Source: Saccostrea cucullata (lineage: Eukaryota). Taken from it: a stretch of 64,000 nucleotides of DNA. Positions 1 to 10,550 of this stretch are shown here, in pieces. The stretch spans positions 434,001 through 498,000 of the forward strand of contig NW_026933720.1 in assembly GCF_032062105.1 (NCBI RefSeq). The letters are read 5' to 3'. The notes beneath the pieces were generated by a model that was given only the letters and a program-made list of their open reading frames with translations, did no database searches and was not told the origin of the DNA. The position numbers and the translations under genes are program-made. The stretch's first letter is position 1; each line of letters opens with the position of its first letter.

Positions 1-314
1 GCCAGAACGACGTATCTCAGAATGCAAGCTTTATGCATGTATTGAATAATTAATATAAACAACATGTCTCAAACCATAAAACCTTACATTTTAAATTTTG
101 ATTTAAGCATAATTCTGGTGAATTATGGTTGTTGCATAAGTGGCAATAGGTAAATAATGGTATACCAAGTTGACTAAAACAGATAAATTATCTTTAATAT
201 GCATGTAAGTATTTTTATTTTTGGCTCAAACTTTGTCGGCCATTTTCTCCACAATGTATCTTATAGGGATAAGTGGTTGTGGCATTAACCCATCGATATG
301 AATCATATACCATT

Positions 315-1024
315 CATCTTCGCTAGCCAAGGGTTTCCGATCCGATACCTACTCTACAACCCTTGGCAGATTTAGTCCTATCAAACGGGAACTTTGATTG
401 CGCCGCCTATCGCCGTAATTGAGTTAAGTCCCTTGAAGCTCTTTAACATTTGTCCAATGAAAATAGCTGTAACATACGTAGATCAATATGACGTTTGAAA
501 CAATATGGCGACCTCCATCTGGAATATATCCAAACAACTTCTTACAGCTGTGGGCAGTGGGCACGCCTCAAAAGTGGTAGAAAGTATCGTTCTTCGTGGA
601 CTTTTAGTCAAGAGTTTGACACTACTTTCTACTTGTTGCCGTATCAATTATTATCAATGAGCCGTGACATTTGATTGGCTTAAATTGATGCATCTAAAAT
701 GCGGAACACGGACTTATGTGGTCCTTTCAATAATTCTTGAAAACATATATAATTAAGAGAAAAAAATTCAAATTAATTAATCCCTTGTTTCTTAAGCATA
801 GATCACGTCCTAACTTTCATCTATTGTAAATATTACTTTTATTTTGTGCATAAAACACGAACAGACTGTAATTCAGCCGAAAATCGTCGATTAGTAAAAA
901 CTTTGCGAAGACTCTGACTTCGCAGCCAATCAAATTCGTTTGCGCAAGTTCTAAAATTTTCGGCCAAATCTGCCAAGGGTTGTAGAGTAGGTATCGGATC
1001 GGAAACCCTTGGCTAGCGAAGATG
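315..1024. mobile_element. Non-autonomous DNA transposon (MITE) with 59-bp perfect TIRs and 8-bp TSD
   Basis: 315-373 (CATCTTCGCTAGCCAAGGG...GGCAGATTT) is the exact reverse complement of 966-1024; ATACCATT is duplicated at 307-314 and 1025-1032; no coding capacity. Confidence 0.92.
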
Positions 1025-1120
1025 ATACCATTAAGCTTGACTTTCTCTAATTATTGAATCTTTAATGAGTTGATAACAGTTTATTTGATCACTTTTCATC
1101 ACACAGTTCTTTTGTGAGAA

Positions 1121-2310
1121 AATGGAAAACAAGAGCTAGTCGAGACACTGCATATAAAATGAATAGTCAAGAATCAGAAAACTAGAGTGAAATTAAACGC
1201 TCCATCAAAGCTGCTGTAAAACTTGTTCAGAATCCCAAAGATATATAAACTGAAATATGTGAAATTTACAGCAACCAATGTCTGTTTTATACACACATGA
1301 GCAGGTGCATTTCAATGAACAAAACTGATATAATGGACATCAAAAATGGGTACCGTCCTTGGCGACAAGGACATACAACAACCGATGTATATTTGCAAAA
1401 ATTGAACAAATTATCACTAAGTATGTTTGATTGACTTTAAGACACATAGCAAATTTGATAGACATCATTTTGGGGGTAGTTCACACTGTTTTAAAGAAAC
1501 ATTTGATAGTAAAAAAAGTTTAATACTCAAAGGTCACCCAATATTTTGAAAAATGGGTGAAAACGACAGCGTGTAGGAATATCTAGCCAATTATTTAAAA
1601 AAAATTGTACTTATCCATGTTTGTCTGAAATTCAAACAGATAATGAAACTTGAATCCATTTGCTTTAAACCCCCAAACAAATTTACAATGAGATACACTT
1701 GACAAAACAGCAAAGGTCTGAAAAGAGAAAAGAATAGCAAGAGCACAAAAAAACAGTTTTATATGCTTTTTTCTTATAATATTAGTGGTCTTGTTGTTTA
1801 AATTCTTATTGGGGGAGTAATTTCAATTTCTGGAAAAGTCTAAAAAGCAAAATTTTAGCAAAAAAGTGAAAGGTTTATGAGAGGAAGGACCCAGAATCAG
1901 GAATCCACTACATTAAATTTCTTCATGACAGTGTCCAAACCAACAGGCCATGAAGAGTAGATGGGTTCCGGGGATAAAAAGAAAGTTAATGTTTTGTCAC
2001 ACCAACAACATTGGCCAGCACTTTCAACCATTGACTTTATTCATTTCCCAAACTTGAAAAAACACCTTTCAGAAAGAAAAAACAAGTACAGGAAATCATA
2101 GGATCTGCCACATTCCAGTATACAAAGGGTCATGCTAAAAATGTGTTATAAATGTGTTATAAAACAACTAGAAATTGAATAAAAATGTAAAGGACATTTG
2201 TTTTAATTAAAAGAGAATATTTTAGTTTAATCATTAAGACTAAATCATCGAAAAGCGTTTTTTGTTTCTTTCCGAGCACCGATGACATTATTTATTGAAC
2301 GTCCCTCGTA
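1121..2310 (+). mobile_element. Decayed Tc1/mariner transposase with right TIR
   Basis: Frame-broken mariner motifs: TDNET*IH (~1636, equals TGDETWIH), LHD (~1921), WPALSTIDF..FPNLKKHL (~2012, equals YSPDLAPxDFxLFPxLK), GSATFQ (~2101); mariner-like end ...ATTTATTGAACGTCCCTCG-TA at 2290-2310. Left TIR not seen. Confidence 0.75.
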
Positions 2311-2779
2311 ACAAATAATGGATTATAGTAAAGTATGTTGCAATACTCTCAGCAATTTCAAATGAGATACTTTCTAAACATTGTAATTTGAGTTCGGAAA
2401 CTAACAACCTGATGTCTTTTGATCAATCACCTCTAAACATATTGATATTTCAGACATGACTGGCTCGTTTCACTGAATTTAATATACAAATTTAGTAACA
2501 AGAGGTAAACTATTTTTTTTTTATAAAGAAGTATCTTTTTCCTGGGCAGGACATTAGAGCGTTGATCAGCTCGAATTAGAGGAACGAAATACTAGTATCA
2601 GTCCTGATCATTACTTAATAGCTTATTAATTAAAAACTTAAGCAAGTAAAATACATACATTTATTGACAAAGGTCTAGGCATAACACAACTTCATTTATA
2701 GAATTTACCCAATAATGGTAATAACAAGGTCAAAGACAGTGTCCTAGAATGACGTGAACAAGTGTAATTTTTAAAACCA

Positions 2780-5700
2780 ATTTTAAATATTTTTGAGATC
2801 CCAAAGAGCCAAAATGAATTTGAACTATAATATCTTTACTGGATTCTGAACCTTCATCTAATGCTTACAAACAAAGAATAGCGGGTTTCAGTAAATGCTC
2901 ATCCAAGGAAGTTTTTGACAATTTGAAATCACATGATTTTACAAAAATCAACAGCTTATTAAAAAATTTACGACTTTTCAACTTTACACACATACACCAT
3001 TCCCCACAATAAATTAAAGTCCAGTTTTTTTTTCAAATATCATTGACAGCTGCTTTTTCAAAAAAAAAAATGGAAATCGTAAATTTATAACCTTTTCATT
3101 AGTCTTTTGGAAAATGATTTTGTTTAAAATCATTCTGATTGTACACAGAAGTACTCTAAAATTGACATTAAAAAGATTCTTGGGTTTCTGATTGACGATA
3201 TCTGTGAGGTTTTTAGAGACTAGGTCTTCCAATAATCTATTGGAATTCCCATGTGTACCAACTGCACCCCGTTATAAGCAGACCATTTCTCTATTCACAC
3301 GAAGTTGAAGTTGTCCAAAATCTTATACGAGGAAAAAAAAAGAAAACTTGCTGTGGTCTTCAACTCGACATTTAGATATATCGACGACGTATTGTCAACT
3401 AACAATGGTAATTTCCATTCTCATTTCAATAAGATGTATCCCGGTGAGCTTAAGATAAAAAAAAAAAGATACCATGTAGTCTGGCACACCTGTTTTATAT
3501 TTGGATATTATACTTGAAAAAGGCGTTAATGGTAATTTAACAACCAAGCTCTATGATAAACATGATGATTTTAACTTTACAATCGTCAACTTTCCAACGG
3601 TAATACCGCTTGTCACAGAAATGGTTAATGCATCTCTCGATCAGGGAATTTTTCCGTCTGCATGGAAGGAGGCCATAGTTCGTCCACTTCTTAAGAAACC
3701 TGGACTAGATAAGGAAGTGTTGAAAAACTATCGGCCCGTATCAAACTTGAGTTTTATCTCAAAAATATTGGAGAAAGTTGTGGCTCGTAGGATTGATGCC
3801 CATTTGGATGCGAATTCTCTTCGCGATCCACTTCAGTCGGCATATCGTCCGAGGCACTCCACGGAAACGGCCCTCATCAAGGTCCACAACGATATTGTGA
3901 CAGCCCTAGACCAACAATCTTCAGCAGTCCTTGTCCTTCTGGATTTATCCGCTGCTTTTGATGTTATTGACCATAATATATTGTTCCACGCCTAACTGTG
4001 TCTTATGGTTTCCGTGATGGAGCTCTTGAGTGGATCGAGTCTTACCTCAAGAACAGAAAACAATGTGTCACAATTGGATCCGTCCGATCAAGACAGCTGC
4101 CTTTTGGTGTCCCCCAAGGATCTGTACTCGGACCGAAATTGTATTGCCTCTTCTCCAAACCCATTGGAATCATGCCACCGACATGGAATGATATATCACT
4201 GCTATGCAGATGATACACAAATCTACATGATCATAGGACCACTGGAAAATTGGAACAATTATTTCTCTCGACTTGAAGCGTGTCTTAGTGAAATTGGTTC
4301 ATGGATGACATCAAACCTACTCAAACTAAACCAAGAAAAGACCGAGCTAATAATCTTCACCACAAAGCAATACCAGAAGTATCTGCCAACATTACAACTA
4401 AAAGTTGGTGATAATATCATTGAAAGCGTGCCATGTGTAAAAAATCTAGGTGCATTTTTCGATCAACACCTTACTATGGAAAAACAGGTATCCTCGGTCG
4501 TCAAGTCATGCTATTTTCAAATAAGCAATATTGGACGAATACGGCGCTTTCTTACAAAAGAAGCCTGCAAGACCCTGGTGAATGCCGTTATCACTGCCAG
4601 GCTGGACTATGGGAACTGCCTTCTATATGGAGTGTCAAAGGCCTTACTAGACCGGATTCAAAAAGTCCAGAACACGGCAGCTCGTTTAGTTACATGATCA
4701 TCGAAACGGGAGCATATTACACCTATCCTAGCTGATCTTCATTGGCTACCTGTTTCTTTTCGTCCACAATATAAAATCTTGACATATGTCTACCAATCCT
4801 TACACGGGTTAGCTCCATCTTATATCAAAGATCTTATAATGGAATACAAGCCTACCAGGTCACTGCGATCTGAGTCAACATCACGGTTAGTTGTTCCAAA
4901 GATCAGGACGAAGACATATGGCGAACGTCGACTTGGTTGGGCAGCAGCATTTTTGTGGAACGACCTTCCTAATGATATAAAGCAGGCCCAGTCCCTGGAT
5001 ATTTTCAAAAGACAATTAAAGACGCATTTTCATAGAATAACTTTTTAAATTTCAGGTGCTCAATTTTTAGCAGCAAATCATAAATCACAAATGATGTTCT
5101 TTTATTGAGTTTTATTGATGGCGTAATTGTATTTTGTGTGTAATTTTTAGTATTTTAATGTTATAATTTCGAACACATATATGAGTATGGGTTAATATTT
5201 TATATAAGTTTTCATAACTTTTAAATTATGTTTACTTGCGTTTATTGTACAGCGCTTTAGAGTTAAATTATTAATATTTAGCGCTTTATAAACTCATATA
5301 TTATTATTATTATTATTTCCTTACTTATGCAACGATATACTTTCAACACCGGCACATGAAGTTTATGTATGATCCATAGTCGATACGATTCGCCAGAGCA
5401 TGCTTTACGTATGTACAATTTCTAAAAGAAGGTAAACGCGCAGAGCAAACACGGAGCTCTAAAACATCAGAGGTGTGATCAGGTGCAATGAAGGAGTGAG
5501 CATCCCCTGCCGACCGGTCACACCCGCCGTGTGCTCCTTGTCATGATAGGGAAATAACAAGAAAATCCGTCGACAATTTAGTACGTATGAAAGGCCTAAC
5601 AATCAGTATGAAAATCGTCATTCAGCATTTGACGTAATGATAACATTTATTTGCTAACAAGGTTATTGTATCGACCATAGAACTTACGAAATGATGACTT

Positions 5701-5810
5701 TAAGCAAGACTGCTGATATTCTTGTTTCAGCAATTCGTTTGCCAATAATATACCTCATTTTAGAAACTGCACAAAATACGCTCTCGTGTACTAAATCAAC
5801 TAAGAGATAT
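2780..5810 (+). mobile_element. Decayed Penelope-like retroelement RT, interrupted by a LINE and followed by an inverted copy of its own 3' end
   Basis: Motifs YDFSTL..TIPH, GIPMCTNCTP, FRYIDD and [17 protein letters not shown] (2970-3595); the element resumes as YLC..STPAHEVY at 5321-5435; a minus-strand 3' end lies at 5441-5810. Confidence 0.85.
3596..5315 (+). mobile_element. 5'-truncated L2/CR1-clade LINE (reverse transcriptase), frameshifted
   Basis: RT motifs [53 protein letters not shown] and LHWLP; 3' end TGTACAGCGCTTTAGAG...AGCGCTTTATAAA followed by a (TTA)n tail; TTTCC is duplicated at 3591-3595 and 5316-5320. Confidence 0.93.
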
Positions 5811-6286
5811 TAACCTGATGATTCTTATTGCTGCCTAAAGTAAGGATGCAATTTTAAAACTTCACGTTACATCACAGCGCGTAGTTCTTACATTATCTTT
5901 ATCGTCTTTTCTTGTAATTTATCCAAATATGAAACATATGTGTATGACTCTATGGTATAGATTTTAAAAATAATAATTAAAAAAAAGAAAAGAAAATGAT
6001 ATTAATTGCTTGATGTACTTGATTCTGGGCATACATGTTTTTAGGCAAAGCACAACTAGTCTAAACTTTAACATCTGGGACGCTCATTTTTTCACCTCTC
6101 TATTTCGTTGGAAATTTAAAGTGTAAAAATGATAACTTTCTACGCAAATGTTAATTGATCAAAAACGTATAATTTGATATTTATTTGATCAATTTATTAA
6201 CCTTAAAAAATGTAATTTTAAGCATGGGGTGCCTTTCTAAGGTAACGTCAACAAAACGTGTTTGGTAGGAATAAGATTACGGAGTA

Positions 6287-6351
6287 ACAGAAGGTATGAG
6301 GTTTTCTATAAAGGCTATCTTCTTCCCGGGCTGGTCAACAGACACCGAGAG
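6287..6351 (+). promoter_or_regulatory. Core promoter and non-coding exon 1 of copy A
   Basis: ACAGAAGG 6287, CTATAAA 6306, CTGGTCAACAGA 6331, donor AG|GTAAGT after 6351; the same arrangement precedes all five paralogs. Confidence 0.75.
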
Positions 6352-6935
6352 GTAAGTCTTGTGTTAGCTTATTTTTTTAAAACATGAAAGCATCGTTATA
6401 CTATCATATCAAATCATCACAATAAACCTTTTCACCATTTTTTTTTTAATTTTTGTCATTTGCTTTTTAATTATGTTTTTGTTTCATTAACATCTAAAAT
6501 TTTATAATTTTAGTTTGAAAACTTTTCTTATGAATGTCTTTTTTTTTTTATTATTATCTCCTCATTTGCATATCTTACTTGCATATTTTAAGGATGATTT
6601 ATTTCAACATCATTTTCATAACCCTTATTTTCATTTTCTCATGGTATGCAGTGAATAATTGTAGATTTTAATTACATATTAAAGGGTTATTGAACTTATA
6701 TTGGTTACCATTAGTACGAGTTGGCTGAAGAAGTGCAGGAGCTCTCGAGCTTGCAAAAAAGTTCAATAAATACTAGCTAAACATTTTTGATTCCTTTATA
6801 TTAACTATTTTCTATTGTAAAACCGCTGACACCTATGCTGTATAACTGATTATTTTAAGATATATGATATACCTCCTTATTATAACATGAAAAATGATAT
6901 TTTTCGTAGATTCCTTCAATTTCATTGACATTAAG

Positions 6936-8361
6936 ATGGTTTCCATTTCCTCTCTTTGCGTGGTGTTGATTTTGTCAGTAGCCTTTGTTAGACACGTGGA
7001 CAGTTCTTTCTCAGCGGGGGGATCTGTGTATACTCGCTGGGGTCACAATAGTTGTCCCAGAAGTGCCAGAAAAATTTACTCAGGTAGATAGTTTTTTTTG
7101 CAGAAAAAAATTATTTACATAGAAGTTGTGGTACCAAAATTTCTATTTTTTGTAAATAAAAATTTGTGGGGAGACCGGTAGTATGTTCAATGTTGCTTAG
7201 AAATGGAAAATAACTTTCTTATTTGTTCTTCATGATTTTGTCGAAGCAAAACATTTCCTTATATATAACAATAAAATATTAAATGTTTCTCAATTAAATA
7301 TGCATAATTCATTTAGACATTAACATTCTTAGAGTTTAATCAAATTGGATAATTGAAATTGTAATTGACATCAAACCACTAATTCAAATACAGGATGAAA
7401 CACAACTCTGTTCTTACTAACTTTAATTAAAATTCCAATTCCATACTTTAAAAATAAGAAATCTCTTTTTTATTATCTTGCTTTGAAGGTTTTGCTGGCG
7501 GATCCCTTTATTCCCATTCTGGGGCTGCAGTGGAGCCCCTCTGTTTACCTAAACGCCCACAGTGGAGACGCCATAACGGAAGAACAGATGCCCCAAGAGG
7601 ATTTATCTACGGAGCTGAATACGAATTTTATCATGGTTTCATCTATTCTCATCTTCACGACCAAGATGTGCCATGTGCTGTCTGTCAGACTCGCAGAGGG
7701 AAAGACGTAATGGTTATTCCAGGTTTGTCAAGATTACATCGATGGAATTATGAACTGTAGACTTCAATTTGGTTTTTCTCGTATTCAATATACATATAGT
7801 AAAATAAATCGCAGTGTGTATGCATAATGTTTAAACTTAACAAGTGACACAAATTTTATAGCAATTTCAAATGGTGAAATAATGATATTTTATTCCCATT
7901 GGCCAAAAAAAAAGAAAGAAAAAAAAAGAAATGAAGATTTCTGAAAGCATTATACGTGTACTTATATATTTTTACTAGCATTTCTTATATAATTTTCTAT
8001 ATTGCTTCTTTGTCGCCTTGAATATATCTGGTAAAAAATTATTTGACTTTGAAAAAATACTCTGTATTTGAATCCTGTTTTGCTTGTTCCTTTAACTGAA
8101 TCCCCTTTATTCATAGCGAGAACTTCCTGTTTTCGCGGATGGAGAAAGGAGTACTCTGGCTACCTGATGTCTGGTAGATACAATCACCAGGCGGCCACCA
8201 CCTACTCCTGTGTGGATCAGAACCCCCGGGCCGCAGTGGCGGGACACCAGAACCACAACGGGTACCTGTTCTACCTGGTGGAGGCCCGCTGTGGTAGCCT
8301 GAAGTGTCCGCCGTACTATAACGGATGGGAAATCACCTGTGTCGTGTGTTCCAAAAAATAA
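6936..8361 (+). CDS. Copy A: secreted short-chain collagen C4 (NC1-like) domain protein, 208 aa
   Basis: Coding exons 6936-7083, 7489-7722, 8117-8361 (GT-AG, phase 1/1; 627 nt). Signal peptide MVSISSLCVVLILSVAFV..., motifs GGSVYTRWG, LCLP, DVPCAVC, GW.KEYSGYLM, CGSLKCPPY, CVVCSK; AATAAA at 8378. Confidence 0.92.
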
Positions 8362-9623
8362 CACACTTTATCTTTGAAATAAAATATATCCATCAACCAT
8401 TTGTGTTAGATATTGTCTTAAAAGAGAGATGTTGGACATTGTAAAAAAAATTGTTTACCACCTACTTTTTGTTGTTGTTGTTGTTTACCGTATTAAAGAG
8501 TGTCGAGAAGATACTAGTAAAGAACAGTGATCGATCTCAAAAATTATATATATATATATTTAAAAAAAAAAAAAAAAAAAACATAACGCAGTCATGAAAA
8601 GGCTGTCCGATGGCTTAAAATGCCTTAAAGATATACATTTTATTTTCAGCTAGATTTTAATTTCAATATATTTTGTAATCCTTGCTTGAAATTCCAGTGA
8701 CTTTGAGATAAAAGTTAAATCAGGTAATATAATACAGCATTTTTGTGATGTCACATGACTGTGAAGATCACGTGACAGACATTTATGATATTCTTAAATG
8801 TTGCACAAAAATCACTTTGGCACAAGTGCAAAGTTTTTTACATAGATCAATTAATCGTGATCTCTGGTACATAGAAAGTTCTGGGGGCAAGTTTAATATT
8901 ACTTCTTAAGGAAATATTTAACGAGAAATTCAACTTACCAGCATTAGAAGGGGAATTTCCACTCTTTATCGCAATGTATACGAAAATGGATAAACTACAC
9001 ACAATCCCCCAGCAAAATTCAGTTAAAGGACACACTTCTCTAAGACTTAGACTTGTGGATTCACGCAGAATATCAATGTTATTGAAAACTGAATGACAAT
9101 TCTATTTTGCATTGTCGTATAAGGAAAGGTATTGAAAAAGTATTGTAAAAGTATTGAAATTTCAAACGTGAAACATATAGTCAACATGGGTTGTTTGATT
9201 GGATTAATATTACAAAGTAACAGGAGGTAAAGCGTTCTCTTTTAAAAAACTGTATTCTTCCCAATCTGGTCAATCTAATCTAATTTAAATATATGGAAAG
9301 CTAATTAGTTCAAGTTAGAGCAAAGAAAATGCTATCATCTCAATAATACTAGTACTTGCATATAATGTTAATTGCCAAATATGAAAGATTCTATGGTATT
9401 GTCTTTGATCTTGTTAGCTTATTATTATAATTATCTGGTTAATTTTACCATTTAAATAATGTAGATTACAAAAGACCCACGTTAATAAATGAATGATAAT
9501 AATTGAATAATGTTACGCGTTGCAATGATTGAAATTGACATGGGAGACCTCGTGTAAAAATCTATTTGGCATTTTTGATATCTAATTTTACAATTTTATT
9601 TCACAATTAAATGGAAATAAAAC

Positions 9624-9760
9624 GATTCACTGTCTAGTTTGTTGGGAATGCCACAGACATCAAGGATAGTTGGAAACGTGGAATAATTTATGCCTAAAGG
9701 GTTTCGTCAACTATCGTTGATGCCCTGGCATACCCAACAAACTAGACATTGATTCCTTAA
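9624..9760. mobile_element. Small fold-back MITE
   Basis: Imperfect ~45-bp inverted arms TGTCTAGTTTGTTGGG...GATAGTTG / CAACTATC...CCCAACAAACTAGACA. Confidence 0.6.
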
Positions 9761-10109
9761 ATAGACTTGTAAAGAATATAATCTTTTTACATACAACCTT
9801 AACAAAGATGAATTTTATTGAAATTGTAGCTTAAACTCAAAAACTACGAACATAGGAACGATTACAAATGCAATACAACCTTGATTTTGTTGCAATTCGA
9901 ACAGACAAGCGTCAATGATAATAATAAAAAATATATAATATCTTATTTTGTCATTCGGTTATTAATTAGAGTAATATTTTAAAGAATTTTTCAAAAGAAG
10001 TAAAATATTAAACATATTAAACAGAACAATAAAATTATATTTTATTACGTGTACATGTACAGGTGTATATGGCATCATTGATATTTTTTGTTTCAAACAT
10101 GCTCCTCCG

Positions 10110-10550
10110 GAGATAATCTATCTCAGTTGATTCGATACTCTCTAGGTATGAACAATTTCTAAAACGAGTTAAATAATTCAGTTTTAAAATTATTGACAAA
10201 CAAGTTGATGAAACAAGAATTTCAGCAGTCTCGTTTAAAGTCATAATTTCGTAAGTTCTATGGTCGATACAATGACATTGTCAGCAAATAAAATTTATCA
10301 ATTGAGTCAAATGCTGACTAACATTTTTCATACTCATTGTTAGTCCATTTATACACTGAATTGACAACGGATTTTCCCATTATTTCTCCATCATGACAAG
10401 GAGCACACGGCGGGTGTGACTGGTCAGCAGGGGATGCTAACTCCTCCATGGCACCTGATCCCATCTCCGATGTTTTGGAGTTCCGTGTTTGCTCTGTGCC
10501 TATTTTGTATTGTTTTATAGACTTTTGATCTTGAATACTTTTCGTTATTC
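10110..10550 (+). mobile_element. Penelope-like element 3' fragment
   Basis: ISQLIRYS...QQSRLKS*FRKFYGRYND followed by the conserved 3' motif GAGCACACGGCGGGTGTGAC...GCACCTGATCCC. Further fragments lie near 11380-11780, 13085-13960, 22530-23040(-), 23965-24135, 27365-27940(-), 28950-29460, 36945-39060, 40370-40700 and 62330-63690. Confidence 0.85.

Noticed and set aside
3501-3995. Novel 164-aa RT-like host gene
   Set aside because: Artefactual fusion of two retroelement fragments at an insertion junction.
8107-8364. Antisense ORFs over paralog exon 4 (also 32084-32387 and 27863-28234)
   Set aside because: Shadow ORFs of GC-richer coding exons; their extent is not conserved among paralogs.
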